DNA of 64,000 nt from an uncultured Candidatus Rokubacteria bacterium (GCA_963754315.1 CAVWFS010000007.1:320001-384000), one strand, 5' to 3'; positions 1 through 11,028 are shown, counted from the first letter of the stretch. Numbers and translations: made by a program. Notes: generated from the letters alone by a model not told the origin.

Positions 1-269
1 ACTCGCCCCTCTCGGCGCGGCTCCTCCAGCAAGGGGGACATGTGCCAGGTGAGATAGCGGAGAGCCGCGTGCTCGGGCCGCGTCCACGGATAGTCGCCGA
101 GGTGGATACCCCCCATCAGGGTGAGCCCGCTCAGGCGCTCGGCCTGGCGGCATATCTCGGCAACGAGGCTGACGGGTTCTCCGCACCCGGGCGGCAGCAG
201 CACCCGCATCCCCGGCCTAAGATGACCCACCGCATCGGGTAGCGACGCCTTGACGAAGCGGCGGGCCAT
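1..269 (-). CDS. Acetyl-CoA hydrolase/CoA-transferase family protein, N-terminal part (runs off the window start)
   Basis: Not in the ORF track. Manual translation from ATG 269 gives MARRFVKASLPDAVGHLRPGMRVLLPPGCGEPVSLVAEICRQAERLSGLTLMGGIHLGDYPW...RYLTWHMSP, which resembles the N-terminus of 4-hydroxybutyrate CoA-transferase/acetyl-CoA hydrolase. Confidence 0.75.
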   Translation of the reverse strand, partial: MARRFVKASLPDAVGHLRPGMRVLLPPGCGEPVSLVAEICRQAERLSGLTLMGGIHLGDYPWTRPEHAALRYLTWHMSPLLEEPRREGR

Positions 270-296
270 GGCGCCCTGACGGGTTACCATGACGAC

Positions 297-497
297 ATGG
301 ATCCTCGTCGCTGGCTCTGGATGCTTGCGCTCTTCGCTCTGATGGCAATGGGCTGCAGCAACGTCGTGGGCGACCCCGTTCCGCGGGCGAGCCAGGCTCC
401 CAACGTCCGCTGCTTCGACCAACCTGCTGCCGGGTCTCCGGGCCAGGATCCCAACGCTCGTCCGATGTTCTTTCTGTTCTGCATGCAGAATCCGTGA
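297..497 (+). CDS. Small putative lipoprotein (66 aa)
   Basis: Basic N-terminus, hydrophobic stretch and lipobox-like AMG-C. A TACCAT hexamer lies 6 nt upstream of the ATG. Confidence 0.65.
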   Translation: MDPRRWLWMLALFALMAMGCSNVVGDPVPRASQAPNVRCFDQPAAGSPGQDPNARPMFFLFCMQNP

Positions 498-537
498 GCC
501 TCGGCCGTCACCGGCTCGACCGGCGACGGCCCGCGGC

Positions 538-2541
538 CTAGGACACGCGCATGCGGCGCGATCGGACGAAGTCGACCAGCATGTACTCGCCGAGCCTGTC
601 TGGCGTGGAAAAGAATGCCCGGCCCCGGTTGATGCGCGCCATCTCCTCCACGAAGGTCGTGAGCCATGGGCTCCGCTCGAGCATGAACGTGTTGATGGTA
701 ATGCCCTCCCGCGTGCACCGCTGGACCTCCCGCAACGTCTCCTGGAGGGTCTCGCGCGTGGGCGGGTAGTTGAAGTCGGCCTGGCCGTTGCGCATGAGAT
801 GCGCGGTCGGCTCGCCGTCGGTGATCATGAGAATCTGCTTGTTGCCGCCGGCGCGCCGAGCGAGGAGGCGTCGCGAGAGGAGAAACCCGGCGTGCATGTT
901 GGTGCCGTAGTCGCAGTCGCTCCACGAGAGCCGAGGCACCTGGTTCGGTTTGACCTCGTGCGCATACATGGAGAAGCCGACGACGTGGAAGCTATCGCGC
1001 GGAAACTGACCGCGAATGAGGGCGCTGAGGGCCATGGCCACCTTCTTGGCGGGCAGGAAGTAGCCGTTGTTGAGCATGGAACGGCTCAGGTCCAGCATCA
1101 CCACCGTGGCCGATTGGGTGCGCAGCTCCGTACGGAAGACCTCGAAGTCGTCAGGCGCGAGCCTCACCGGCGTGCCGGATCCCGCCCGCTCGACGGCATT
1201 CATCACCGTCTCCTTCAGGTCGAGGAGGAAGATATCGCCGAACTCGTAGGCCTTCGTCTCGTCGGTCTGGTCTCCGCCCGCCCCCCGCCGATGAATGGCG
1301 TGGCCGCCGAAGCGATCGCGTTTGAGGTGCGCGAAGATATCCCTCAGGGCTTTGTCGCCGATGCGTCGAATCGCCTTGGCCGTGAGCTTGAGCTCGTCGC
1401 CGTCCCGCTCGAGATATCCCGCCTCCTCCAGCTGCTTGGTGACCCCCTGGAGATCCTCCAGTTCGCGCGCCGCCTCCGGACCCAGGAGCCGTTCGAACGC
1501 CTGACGATCGAGCTTCTCGATGTCGTCCAGGCTCTTCACGCCGCGCAGCTGGCGCTCCAGCTCGTCGAGTCGCTGGAGTTCCTCCATCAGACGCATGGCT
1601 TCTCGCAGGGTGACCGGATCCTCGCCGCGGAAATCGTACCCGCGACGCAGCCGGTCCATGGGGAGCATCTCCTCCAGGTTCGCGGCCAGCTGCGCTAGCT
1701 CCCGCTCGAGGCGCTCGTCTTGCCCGAGCAGGGACTGCATCATCTCCTGGAGCTGTCGACGCTGGTCGGGGGACATGCTCTCGAGCAAGGATTGCATCTG
1801 GGCCATCTGTCGGCCCATCTGGTCCAGGAGCTGGTCGAGATTCTCGACCCCGGGAAAGCTATCCCCCCATTTCGCCTTGAAATCCTGAAAGTTGGGGTCC
1901 CTTCCCTGAGCACGATCCTGAAGCATCCGGTTGAGGTCTTTCAGCATCTCGCGCAGTCGCTGCAAATCCTGAGGCCCCATTCCTTGCAGTGCCTGCTGCA
2001 TGCCCTGCATGAACGGCTTGAGCATCTGCTGTCGGAGCGACTGCATCAGCTCCTGAAAAAGTCGCCACGCTTCGGGATCCATGAACTCGTAGCTCTGGAG
2101 CTGCGTGATCCGCCCCGCGGGATCGGTGGGCAACTGGTCGAGCTTCTGCCGCCGCTGGGCGGCCATCTCCTGGAACTGTTGATGGGTCGCCTCGGGAATC
2201 TCGCCACGCTGCGCACGCTCCTGAGCATCGGCGAGGCGGCGTTCGATGCCCTCGCGCTCGGTCTTGACGATCGTGTCGAGCTTCTGACGGATGTCGTCGA
2301 GGGCGGAACCAAGGTCGTAGCGATCCAGCTCGCGCTGACGCCGTTGCCGTACGCGCTCGGTGAGCTCGCGCAGGCTCGGGAGTTGACCACGAACACCACG
2401 CTGGAACAGGCGGCGCAGCGCCTGCCATGGATCGCCGTCGGCCATCAATTCTTCCGACATCGCGTCGAGCAGATCGTCGCCGTCGAGGTCCCCGATCTTT
2501 TGCGAGCCGTCCCAGCGCGAATAGCGAAAACGGGTAGTCAT
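538..2541 (-). CDS. VWA domain-containing protein with long helical/coiled-coil N-terminus (Rv0959-like)
   Basis: N-terminal RYSRWDGSQ, MIDAS motif DLSRS, and ILMITDGEPTAH. Confidence 0.88.
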   Translation of the reverse strand: MTTRFRYSRWDGSQKIGDLDGDDLLDAMSEELMADGDPWQALRRLFQRGVRGQLPSLRELTERVRQRRQRELDRYDLGSALDDIRQKLDTIVKTEREGIERRLADAQERAQRGEIPEATHQQFQEMAAQRRQKLDQLPTDPAGRITQLQSYEFMDPEAWRLFQELMQSLRQQMLKPFMQGMQQALQGMGPQDLQRLREMLKDLNRMLQDRAQGRDPNFQDFKAKWGDSFPGVENLDQLLDQMGRQMAQMQSLLESMSPDQRRQLQEMMQSLLGQDERLERELAQLAANLEEMLPMDRLRRGYDFRGEDPVTLREAMRLMEELQRLDELERQLRGVKSLDDIEKLDRQAFERLLGPEAARELEDLQGVTKQLEEAGYLERDGDELKLTAKAIRRIGDKALRDIFAHLKRDRFGGHAIHRRGAGGDQTDETKAYEFGDIFLLDLKETVMNAVERAGSGTPVRLAPDDFEVFRTELRTQSATVVMLDLSRSMLNNGYFLPAKKVAMALSALIRGQFPRDSFHVVGFSMYAHEVKPNQVPRLSWSDCDYGTNMHAGFLLSRRLLARRAGGNKQILMITDGEPTAHLMRNGQADFNYPPTRETLQETLREVQRCTREGITINTFMLERSPWLTTFVEEMARINRGRAFFSTPDRLGEYMLVDFVRSRRMRVS

Positions 2542-2547
2542 GGGCCG

Positions 2548-2576
2548 ACCCTACGCGAAGCGGCTCTCGGGGTCAA
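2548..2576 (-). promoter_or_regulatory. sigma70-type promoter of the VWA gene, leaderless geometry
   Basis: Minus strand reads TTGACC-17 nt-TAGGGT-6 nt-ATG. Confidence 0.6.
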
Positions 2577-2580
2577 ACTA

Positions 2581-2760
2581 ATGGGGGGCCTCGACGGCCC
2601 CCCAATCCCCCCACGCTCGGCACGCCCCGGGGGACCCGGGGCGCGCCTCGGGCACACGCCAGGTTCGGGGCCTCGACGGCCGCCGCCCCGCTCGGCACGC
2701 CCGGGCCCCCGCGCTCGGCACGCCCCGGGGCAACCCGGGGCGCACGCCTCGGGCACACGC
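2581..2760. repeat. GC-rich REP/BIME-like palindromic element, locus 1 (about two units)
   Basis: ATGGGGGGCCTCGACGGCCCCCCAA hairpin followed by repeated CGCTCGGCACGCCCCGG...CCCGGGGCG..CCTCGGGCACACGCC. The same architecture occurs at 19.3 kb and 25.7 kb. Confidence 0.75.
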
Positions 2761-2811
2761 CAGGGCGGCCTGCGCTGGAGACCGTCGCGGGAAGTGACGT
2801 ATGCTACCCGC

Positions 2812-4011
2812 ATGACTATCAATGCTCAGGCTCGCTTTCAGGATCTCTTGTCCAGCCGGGCGCGGTTGGCGCCGCCAGCGCCGGCTCGCCCGGTCTCCGA
2901 CCCGCTGTACGAGTTCGGTGCTGGCCAGCCCGATCCGGCCTCCTTCCCCTATGACGGATTGGCGGAAGCCACTGCTCGCGTGATGAGTCGTGAGGGCCCG
3001 GGAGCCCTCAGCTACGGCGAGTACCAGGGTTACCGCGGACTGCGCGAGCTCGTCTGCGAGAAGTACGAGCTGTTCGAGGGCCTGAAGCTGAGCCCGGACG
3101 ACGTCATCGTCGCGAACGGATCGGGACACGCGCTGTCATTGGCCTTCAGCGCCTTTCTCGACGTGGGGGACGTGATGATCTCCGAGGCACCCACGTTTTC
3201 TGGAACCTTGCACACCATCCGACGGCATGGACCGCGGGTGCTCGATGTGCCGGTGGACGATGAGGGAATGGTGACGGATGCCGTGCGCGAGCATCTCGTC
3301 CAGCTCCGTCGTGAGGGCCGGCCCTGCAAGCTCATCTACACCATCGTGAACTTTCAGAACCCGGCTGGCCCCACCCTTTCGCTTCAGCGGCGACACCAGC
3401 TGATCGAGCTCGCCCACGAGTACGACACGTTCATTCTCGAGGACGACGCCTACGGCGAGTTACGGTTCGAAGGCGAGGCGTTGTCCTCGCTGTACGCGCT
3501 GGATGACGGGGGGCGCGTCATCCGGGCAGGCACGCTTTCGAAGATCCTGGGGGCCGGCGTGCGCCTCGGCTGGCTCTGCGCGCCACGTCCTCTGATCCCG
3601 GTGCTCCAGAGCTTCCTGTTCGGCGGTGGGGTGAATCCGTTCATGTCGCGGGTCGCGGCGTTCTATCTGCGTGAGCATCTGGCTCCGCACGTGGCCGTCC
3701 TCGTCGATGTCTATCGGGCCAAGCGCGACGCGATGCTCGAAGGTCTGTGGGAGGTCCTGAAGGGCACGGACGTGGACATCAGCCACCCCGAGGGCGGCTT
3801 CTTCATCTGGATCAGACTGCCAAGTGGGACGAGCCACGCACGCTTGATGGAACTCGCCGTGCAGAGGCGCCTTCAGTACAGTCCAGGCCCTGCGTTCTTC
3901 ATCAACGGCGGCGGCGAAGGGTTCATCCGTCTCGCCTTCAGCTACGAATCACCCCAGCGCTGCCGCGAGGGAGCGCGCCTGATCGCGCAAGCCATCCTGG
4001 AGGCTCGATAG
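2812..4011 (+). CDS. PLP-dependent aminotransferase class I/II (2-aminoadipate transaminase-like)
   Basis: Motifs NFQNPAG, EDDAYGEL, GTLSKILGAGVRLGW (PLP Lys) and PEGGFFIW. The start is trimmed from 1720 to ATG 2812 because the upstream part is the antisense shadow of the VWA gene. Confidence 0.9.
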   Translation: MTINAQARFQDLLSSRARLAPPAPARPVSDPLYEFGAGQPDPASFPYDGLAEATARVMSREGPGALSYGEYQGYRGLRELVCEKYELFEGLKLSPDDVIVANGSGHALSLAFSAFLDVGDVMISEAPTFSGTLHTIRRHGPRVLDVPVDDEGMVTDAVREHLVQLRREGRPCKLIYTIVNFQNPAGPTLSLQRRHQLIELAHEYDTFILEDDAYGELRFEGEALSSLYALDDGGRVIRAGTLSKILGAGVRLGWLCAPRPLIPVLQSFLFGGGVNPFMSRVAAFYLREHLAPHVAVLVDVYRAKRDAMLEGLWEVLKGTDVDISHPEGGFFIWIRLPSGTSHARLMELAVQRRLQYSPGPAFFINGGGEGFIRLAFSYESPQRCREGARLIAQAILEAR

Positions 4012-4033
4012 ACCCCTCCCGGAACCTCCGCGA

Positions 4034-5072
4034 CTATTTCGGCCGGCGAGCGAGGTAGGCCCGGGCGCTCTCGTACTCGTCGACGCCGGCGACGGCAGTG
4101 GCGACCGCCTCTTTGAACATCCGCGCTGCCTCTGCACGATCACCCCGGAAGAGCATCTCGTGGCCGAGGTAAAAGTAGGCCTGGCAACGCTGCGTCCGTT
4201 GCACGGTGGAGCCGCCTTGGGGAATCATCGCCAGCAGCTCCTTCGGTTTCAGACGCCCCAGATACATCGCCACCACCGGCCCCGGCCAGCGCGAGAGATC
4301 GCGTGGGGCCGCTGCGGCCAGCCCGGGACGCCCGTCCTGCCTCAGATGCTCTCGCGCCAGATACAGGTAGAGCGCTGGCTCGACGGACTCTGGATCCAGT
4401 CCCGCCGCGCGGGTGAAATCCGGGACAGCGTCGGCGAACTGCTCCTGATCGAAGCGGGTGAGCCCGCGTCCAACGTAGGCATTCCGATCGTTTGGATTCA
4501 ATCGCAGCGCCTGGTCGTAGTCCTGGATGGCTCGAGCGTGATCCCCTCTGACCTTGTGCACATCTCCCCGCGCGCCATAGGCGGCCGCGAGACGCGAGTC
4601 GAGGCGGAGGGCGTCATCGTAATCTCGATGCGCACGCTCGATCTCTCCCCGCCGCCAGGCGAGCAGTCCGCGATGGTAGAGAGCAACAGAATCTTCCGGG
4701 GTTACCCGTAGGACCTCGTTGAAGTCCTCAAGGGCCATGTCATCCTGTCCGCGCTTCAGGTACGCGATGCCCCGGTTGAGCCGGATTTGCCCCTTGTCAG
4801 GGCCGAGCCGCAGCGCCTGCGTGTAATCCTGGATCGCCTGGTCGAGCTGCCCCTTGGCCTGATAGGCGTGGCCTCGGTTGGTGAAGGCCGCCGCACGTCC
4901 GAGCTCGGTCGTTCGATCTCGATGCGAGGGCGCTCGTGCAGAGCCGAATGGTCATCTCCGGTGGCCGCGGGGCAGGATCGAAACACTTCTGGGCTTCGTC
5001 GACGAATTGCGTCCACCCAGGCCTGGCCAGGGCAGCGATCAACAGCCCCATCACAAGGGTGACGATCCGCAT
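4034..5072 (-). CDS. Secreted TPR protein with NlpI-like C-terminus; one +1 frameshift near 4910
   Basis: GGAGG RBS and signal peptide [16 protein letters not shown]. After the shift it reads [11 protein letters not shown]...AIQDYTQAL, continuous with ORF 4034..4738, and ends with [11 protein letters not shown]...CQAYFYLG. Confidence 0.8.
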
Positions 5073-5177
5073 GCATCCTCCGCGCGCTCTCACGCCCCGG
5101 CGATTCGCCGTCCACGCGCCTCGGCGTATCATCTCACCGGCACCAAGCTCCCGCCCGGCAAGGAGGGCAAACGCGAT

Positions 5178-7178
5178 ATGGGAACAGCGGCCGCGAGGTT
5201 ACACGTCCCTTTTGAAGCCATCGTCGAGTCAGACCGCGCCGTGTGGGAAATCGAGACCGCCGGCGCCGGGCCGTCAGGGCGGTTGCCGCTCACGGCCGAG
5301 ATGCTGCTGGAGCAACCGAGCGGCGACATCTTTGGACTCACCCAGAATGCCGGTATGGGCTGGGACCCGCGCGAGTTACTTCGACCGCAGTTCCTGACCC
5401 TCAGCACCCAGGGAGGTGTCCGCGCTCCCGACGGAAGGCCTGTCGCCCTCGGCTACCACACCGGCCACTGGGAGGTCGGGCTCCTCATGCAGGCCGCGGC
5501 AGAGGAGCTTGCTCGGCTGGAATGCTTGCCCTTCGCCGCGTTCGTCTCCGATCCGTGCGATGGCCGCACCCAGGGCACGACCGGCATGATGGACAGCCTC
5601 GCCTACCGCAACGACGCGGCCCTGGTGTTCCGCCGACTCATCCGGTCGCTGCCGACCCGGCGCGGAGTCCTCGGGATCGCAACCTGCGACAAAGGCCTCC
5701 CAGCCATGATGCTGGCCCTGGCGGCCATGCGCGATCTGCCCTGTGTCCTCGTCCCCGGCGGCGTGACCTTGCCGCCGCAGGAGGGTGAGGACGCCGGTAA
5801 GGTGCAGTCGATAGGCGCCCGCTTCGCCCACGGAGAGCTCTCGCTGGAGCGCGCCCAGGAGCTTGGCTGCCGTGCCTGCGGGTCGCCCGGAGGGGGCTGT
5901 CAGTTCCTGGGAACCGCCGCCACCTCTCAGGTGGTCGGCGAGGCCCTGGGCCTGTCGTTACCCCACTCGGCGCTTGCTCCTTCTGGCCAGCCGATCTGGC
6001 TCGATGGAGCGCGCCGCTCGGCCCGCGCGCTCGTCAATCTGGATGCGCGGGGCATACCCACTCGAGAGATCGTGACGGCGGCGGCGGTGCGCAACGCCAT
6101 GGTCGTGCACGCTGCGTTCGGAGGCTCGACCAACCTTCTCCTCCACGTGCCCGCTATCGCCCATGCGGCCGGACTCCCGCGGCCCTCCATCAACGACTGG
6201 ATCGAAGTGAACCGCGGCGTGCCCCGCCTCGTCGATGCCATTCCCAACGGGCCGCACCCGACGGTGCGCGTCTTCCTCGCCGGGGGTGTCCCCGAGGTGA
6301 TGCTGCACTTGCGGAGGGCTGGTCTCCTGGATGAGCGCTGCCTGTCCGTCTCGGGCCAGACACTCGGACGTCTCCTCGATTGGTGGGAAGGCTCCGAGCG
6401 GCGCCAGGCGCTCCGGGATCGCCTGCGTCGCGACGGGATCGATCCCGACGACGTCATCATGAGCCCCGACCAGGCCCAGCGGGCGGGCCTCACCAGCACT
6501 GTGACGTTTCCCCGAGGCAATCTGGCCCCCCAGGGCTCGGTCATCAAGAGCACCGCCATCGACCCCTCCGTCGTCGATGCTGACGGCCTCTACCGCAAGA
6601 CCGGCCCGGCGCGAGTCTTCACAACCGAGCGGGCCGCGATCACCGCCATCAAGAGCCGTGGCGCGGATCGAATCAAGCCCGGCGACGTGCTCGTGCTCAT
6701 CTGCCGAGGCCCCATTGGGGCAGGCATGGAGGAGATCTACGAGATCACCGCGGCCTTGCGCCACCTCTCTTGGGGTAAGCACGTGGCGGTGCTCACCGAC
6801 GCCCGCTTTTCGGGCGTGTCCACGGGCGCCTGCATCGGCCACATCGGCCCTGAAGCGCTCGCGGGAGGGCCCATCGGCCGCGTGCATGATGGCGATACGA
6901 TCCGTATCGTCGTGGACCGCCGCCGTCTGGAGGGCACCATCGACCTGGTCGGAACGGGCGACACCGTCGTCGGGCCGGAAGAGGGTGCGCGCGTGCTCGC
7001 CGCACGTCCTCCTCGGGCCGATCTGGCTCCCGATCCCCACCTGCCGGACGATACACGCCTGTGGGCGGCTCTCCAGCACGTGAGCGGGGGCACGTGGGGA
7101 GGGTGCGTCTATGACGTCGATACGATTGCGACGGCCCTGCGAGGCTCTTCGGCGACGGAGCCACTATCGTCGCGGTAG
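5178..7178 (+). CDS. YjhG/YagF family D-xylonate dehydratase (IlvD/Edd family)
   Basis: Motifs [53 protein letters not shown] and [20 protein letters not shown] before ATG 5178. Confidence 0.9.
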   Translation: MGTAAARLHVPFEAIVESDRAVWEIETAGAGPSGRLPLTAEMLLEQPSGDIFGLTQNAGMGWDPRELLRPQFLTLSTQGGVRAPDGRPVALGYHTGHWEVGLLMQAAAEELARLECLPFAAFVSDPCDGRTQGTTGMMDSLAYRNDAALVFRRLIRSLPTRRGVLGIATCDKGLPAMMLALAAMRDLPCVLVPGGVTLPPQEGEDAGKVQSIGARFAHGELSLERAQELGCRACGSPGGGCQFLGTAATSQVVGEALGLSLPHSALAPSGQPIWLDGARRSARALVNLDARGIPTREIVTAAAVRNAMVVHAAFGGSTNLLLHVPAIAHAAGLPRPSINDWIEVNRGVPRLVDAIPNGPHPTVRVFLAGGVPEVMLHLRRAGLLDERCLSVSGQTLGRLLDWWEGSERRQALRDRLRRDGIDPDDVIMSPDQAQRAGLTSTVTFPRGNLAPQGSVIKSTAIDPSVVDADGLYRKTGPARVFTTERAAITAIKSRGADRIKPGDVLVLICRGPIGAGMEEIYEITAALRHLSWGKHVAVLTDARFSGVSTGACIGHIGPEALAGGPIGRVHDGDTIRIVVDRRRLEGTIDLVGTGDTVVGPEEGARVLAARPPRADLAPDPHLPDDTRLWAALQHVSGGTWGGCVYDVDTIATALRGSSATEPLSSR

Positions 7179-7244
7179 GATGTGATGCCGCGCGAGGCCC
7201 GGCGCAATCCGACGATGATCCAGGCAGAGGAGGAACGAACGGTG

Positions 7245-8342
7245 ATGGGCGAGCGGTACGCAGACCATGCACGACTTCAGCAGCTGGTGAGCGAGGTATT
7301 CCGGCGCGGCGGGAGCACCGTCGAGGAGGCAGCGCTCGTGGCGTCCCACCTCGTGCGCGCAAACCTTGCTGGCCATGACAGTCACGGGGTCGGAATGGTA
7401 CCGACCTACGTGGCACATCTCGGAACCGGACACGTCGTGCCCAACACGCCGGCCAAGCTGACGCGCGATGACGGCTCCCTGCTCATGTTCGACGGCCAGC
7501 GCGGGTACGGTCGCCGTGTGGCCGGAGAAGCCATGGCCGCCGCCATTGCCCGCTGTCACCAGACTGGCGTCGTCGCGGTGACCCTCGCCAACGCCCACCA
7601 CATCGGCCGCGTGGGCGCCTATGGCGAGCTGACGACCGAAGCCGGACTGGTCTCGCTTCATTTCGTCAACGTCACCGACCACCGCGGCCTCGTAGCCCCC
7701 TTCCGGGGAAGCGACGCGCGGTTTTCCACCAATCCGATCTGCATCGCGCTACCCGGGACCGCCGCGCGGCCACCCGTGCTGTTGGACATGGCGACCAGCG
7801 AGATCGCCATGGGGAAAGTCCGGGTGGCTCGCAACGCACAACACCCAGCTCCAGCGGGCTCTCTGATCGATTCTGAGGGCCGTCCGACCACCGATCCCAA
7901 CGTGATGTATCAGGAGCCGTTCGGCGCGCTCCTCCCGTTCGGCCGTCACAAGGGATACGGGCTGGCCGTCCTGGCCGAGTTGTTGGCCGGAGGGATGTCC
8001 GGCGGCGGGACTATTCAGCCCGACAATCCGCGACTGGGCGGCATCGTGAACAATATGTTCTCGATCCTGGTGGATCCGATGCGCTTGGCGGGGATCGACT
8101 GGCTGGCGCGCGAGATTGATGGCTTCGTTGCCTACGTCAAGGACTCCCCACCCGTCGATCGCGGCGCCCCCGTCCTCGTCCCGGGGGACCCGGAGCGGAT
8201 GACTCGGGAGGAGCGACTGCGCACGGGAATCCCAATCGACGCAACGACCTGGGGCGAGATCCTCGACGCCGGCGAGCAAGTCGGCCTGGCCCGCACCGAG
8301 GCGGAATCCCTTGTGAGCGGGCGCCAGGGGGGTGTGCGATGA
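7245..8342 (+). CDS. Ldh_2 family (type 2 malate/L-lactate dehydrogenase, YbiC/HcxB-like) oxidoreductase
   Basis: Motifs ANLAGHDSHG, AHHIGRVG, TNPIC, LDMATS and HKGYGLA. GAGGAGG RBS; alternative start at 7182. Confidence 0.88.
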   Translation: MGERYADHARLQQLVSEVFRRGGSTVEEAALVASHLVRANLAGHDSHGVGMVPTYVAHLGTGHVVPNTPAKLTRDDGSLLMFDGQRGYGRRVAGEAMAAAIARCHQTGVVAVTLANAHHIGRVGAYGELTTEAGLVSLHFVNVTDHRGLVAPFRGSDARFSTNPICIALPGTAARPPVLLDMATSEIAMGKVRVARNAQHPAPAGSLIDSEGRPTTDPNVMYQEPFGALLPFGRHKGYGLAVLAELLAGGMSGGGTIQPDNPRLGGIVNNMFSILVDPMRLAGIDWLAREIDGFVAYVKDSPPVDRGAPVLVPGDPERMTREERLRTGIPIDATTWGEILDAGEQVGLARTEAESLVSGRQGGVR

Positions 8343-8364
8343 GTCGCGAAGGGAGCGTCGAGCC

Positions 8365-9579
8365 GTGAAGATCGGGCGGATCGAGGTCCTGCACGCGGAC
8401 GGTGGCTGGCGGCCGTGGACGTTCGTCCGGATCGAGACCGACGAAGGACTGGTGGGCTGGGGGGAGTGCAGCGACAACCGTAACCCCCTCGGTATCGCTG
8501 GCTGTGTGGCTGACCTGCAGGACCTCCTGGTGGGTCAGGATCCGAGGCCTATCGAGCGCCTGTACTGGGACATGCTGCGCCGCACGCGGCAGAATCTGGG
8601 CGGGGTCACCCACAAGGCGATGGCCGGCATCGAGCTGGCGCTGTGGGATATCAAGGCCAAGGCTCTCGGGGTCCCGGTGTACGAGCTGTTCGGAGGCCCG
8701 CTGCGCGACCGGATGCGACTCTACTGGTCACACTGCGGAACCACCCGGGCGCGCCTCGGCCACCTGCTGGGGACGCCTCCGCTCAAGACGTACGACGACA
8801 TCACGGCCTTGGGCCGCGAGGTGGTCAGCCGCGGGTTCACCGCGCTCAAGACCAACATTGTCATTCCCGGTGACCCCGCCACTGTCTACTTTCCGGGCTT
8901 CGGAAGCGGCATCAACACCACGGACGGCGCCCCCACCGTCGAGGTGCTTGGCGCCATCGATCGGCTCATTGGCACCTTCCGTGACGCGGTGGGGCCGAGT
9001 GTGGGGCTGGCGCTGGACCTCAACTACAACTTCCGCACCGAGGGGGCGCTCCGCGTGGCCAAGCTCCTCGAGCCGTTCGACATGCAGTGGATGGAGTACG
9101 ACAACTGGGATCCCCAGGCACTCCTGCAGATCAAGCAGTCCACGTCCACCCGCCTGGCTTCCTGCGAGAGCCTGGTGAGCACCCGCCAGTACCGGCCGTT
9201 TTTGGAGCGGCAGGCGGTGGACGTGGCCATCATCGATGTCCCTTGGAACGGTTTCTCCCAGTCCGTCCAGATCGGCCGTATGGCCGAGGCGTACGAGATC
9301 AACATCGCGCCTCACAACTACTACAGTCACCTCGCCGACCTCCACTCGATCCACCTCTGTGCGGTCCTGCCCAACGTGAGGATCATGGAGATCGACATCG
9401 ACGACGTGCCGTGGAAGGGCGAGCTGGTGACACGGCCGCCGATCATTCGCGATGGACATCTCTTGCTCCCCTCTGCGCCAGGATGGGGCGCCGATATCAA
9501 CGAGGAGGTACTTCGTGCCCATCCGTGGCCGCGCGGAACGGGCACTGAAACTCGGCTCTTTTATGGCATGAGGCCCTGA
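8365..9579 (+). CDS. Mandelate racemase/muconate lactonizing enzyme family protein (acid-sugar dehydratase-like)
   Basis: Motifs TDEGLVGWGE, AGIELALWDIKAKALGVPVYELFGG, metal ligands in DLN/WME/CES, and APHN. Confidence 0.88.
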   Translation: MKIGRIEVLHADGGWRPWTFVRIETDEGLVGWGECSDNRNPLGIAGCVADLQDLLVGQDPRPIERLYWDMLRRTRQNLGGVTHKAMAGIELALWDIKAKALGVPVYELFGGPLRDRMRLYWSHCGTTRARLGHLLGTPPLKTYDDITALGREVVSRGFTALKTNIVIPGDPATVYFPGFGSGINTTDGAPTVEVLGAIDRLIGTFRDAVGPSVGLALDLNYNFRTEGALRVAKLLEPFDMQWMEYDNWDPQALLQIKQSTSTRLASCESLVSTRQYRPFLERQAVDVAIIDVPWNGFSQSVQIGRMAEAYEINIAPHNYYSHLADLHSIHLCAVLPNVRIMEIDIDDVPWKGELVTRPPIIRDGHLLLPSAPGWGADINEEVLRAHPWPRGTGTETRLFYGMRP

Positions 9580-9768
9580 CGCGGTCTCGTCCTTCGGTTA
9601 CTCGACCGCCCCGGCTACCCGGCGACGCCGCGCATCTCGGGTGAGGACGTCGCATGCCCGGCCTCTGCTTGACAGTCTGGACGAAGATCGGTATCTGTAC
9701 GGCACCTTGACGCGTTCCGCGGGTAAACAACGAGAGCGGTGGGCCTACAGGCCCAGGAGGAGACGGCG

Positions 9769-11028
9769 ATGGTGCCAGTAACGCGACGAAGTGTCCTCAA
9801 AGGTGTGGCGGGGGCGGCCAGCTTCGTCGCGGCCTCCGACTTTCCCTTCGTGAATCGGCTGGCCCTCGGCGATCAGCCCATCAAGCTCGGGGCCCTCTAC
9901 CCGTTTACCGGTCCCATGGCGCTCGAGGCGCAGGAGATGCTGGCGGCCACCCAGATCGCGGTCGAAGACGTGAACGCGAGCGGCGGCCTCCTGGGGCGAA
10001 AGGTCGAGTTGCTTACCCGCGATAGCGAGTTCAAGCCGGAAGTGATGAAGCGCAAGGCCACCGAGCTGGTCGAGGTGGAGAAGAGTCCCTTCCTGGTGGG
10101 CGCCCTGGTGGGTTTCGAGGGCATTGCCCTCTCGGAGGTGGGCTGCAAGAACGAGGTGGTCGTCGGTTTCTACGGTCAGAATTTCCTCACCGTGAAGGGC
10201 AAGATGTGCAAGTACCAATACGGCACGAATCTCACCCCTTACCAGACGGCGGCGGCGGCTGCGCGCTTCGTGCACCAGCAGGGTTTCGGCAAGAAGTGGC
10301 ATATGCTCGCCAACAACTATTCGTGGCCGCAGATGTTCGAGCGCGCCTACTCCATCGTGGCCAAGCAGGTCGGCGCGGAGTGGACGGGTGTCACCTGGGC
10401 CCCTCTGGGGACACGTGACTTCCTGCCGTTCCTGCCCAAGGCGGCGGCGGTCAAGGCGGACGTCACCTTCGTGGTCACCTGGGCTGCCGATCAGGTCGCC
10501 TGCGCCAAGCAGATTCAGGAGTTCGGCCTGCGCAAGCAGACGCAAGTCATTCACGGCATCACCGAGTTGACCTTCGCGGAGGCGGCTGGAAAGGGCGTGT
10601 ACGAGGGCACCTACAGCGGCACGCCATGGTATTGGCACCTGAAGGACAAGTATCCGGGGGCCAAGGCCTACTACGACAAGCACGTCACAAAGCGCAAGCG
10701 CGCCCCCTCCGGCTACGCCGCCTCGACCTACGCGACCGTGCGTGTGCTCCTCGACTCTGCCAAGGAGGTGAAGAGTCTCGAGACGGAGAAGGTCATCCGG
10801 GCCATCGAGGGGCGGCAGTTTCAATACCTGAAGGGGCCTGAGTACATTCGCGCCTGTGACCACGTGGACATCCAGGAAGTCTTCCTCTGCAAGGGCAAGT
10901 CGGCGGCGGCCATGAAGGACGACTGGGACTACTTCGATATCGTCCAGGCCGTCGGCGGTGAGGAAACGGCCGAGACCTGCGAGAGCGAGGGGTTCGATCC
11001 GAAGAAGCGGCTGAGCGACCAGGCCTGA
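9769..11028 (+). CDS. Branched-chain amino acid-type ABC transporter substrate-binding protein, Tat signal
   Basis: TRRSVLK twin-arginine motif, IKLGALYPFTG, VNASGGLLGRKVE and RACDH. AGGAGG RBS. Confidence 0.88.
   Translation: MVPVTRRSVLKGVAGAASFVAASDFPFVNRLALGDQPIKLGALYPFTGPMALEAQEMLAATQIAVEDVNASGGLLGRKVELLTRDSEFKPEVMKRKATELVEVEKSPFLVGALVGFEGIALSEVGCKNEVVVGFYGQNFLTVKGKMCKYQYGTNLTPYQTAAAAARFVHQQGFGKKWHMLANNYSWPQMFERAYSIVAKQVGAEWTGVTWAPLGTRDFLPFLPKAAAVKADVTFVVTWAADQVACAKQIQEFGLRKQTQVIHGITELTFAEAAGKGVYEGTYSGTPWYWHLKDKYPGAKAYYDKHVTKRKRAPSGYAASTYATVRVLLDSAKEVKSLETEKVIRAIEGRQFQYLKGPEYIRACDHVDIQEVFLCKGKSAAAMKDDWDYFDIVQAVGGEETAETCESEGFDPKKRLSDQA

Noticed and set aside
1720..2811. Long N-terminal extension making a 763-aa aminotransferase
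   Set aside because: It is the antisense shadow of the VWA gene plus the REP element; homology begins at ATG 2812. Similar spurious extensions were trimmed for ORFs 19110, 23669, 26978 and 45858.
9669..9697. Promoter TTGACA-17 nt-TATCTG for the ABC operon
   Set aside because: The -35 is perfect but the -10 lacks the conserved final T; plausible but too weak to call.
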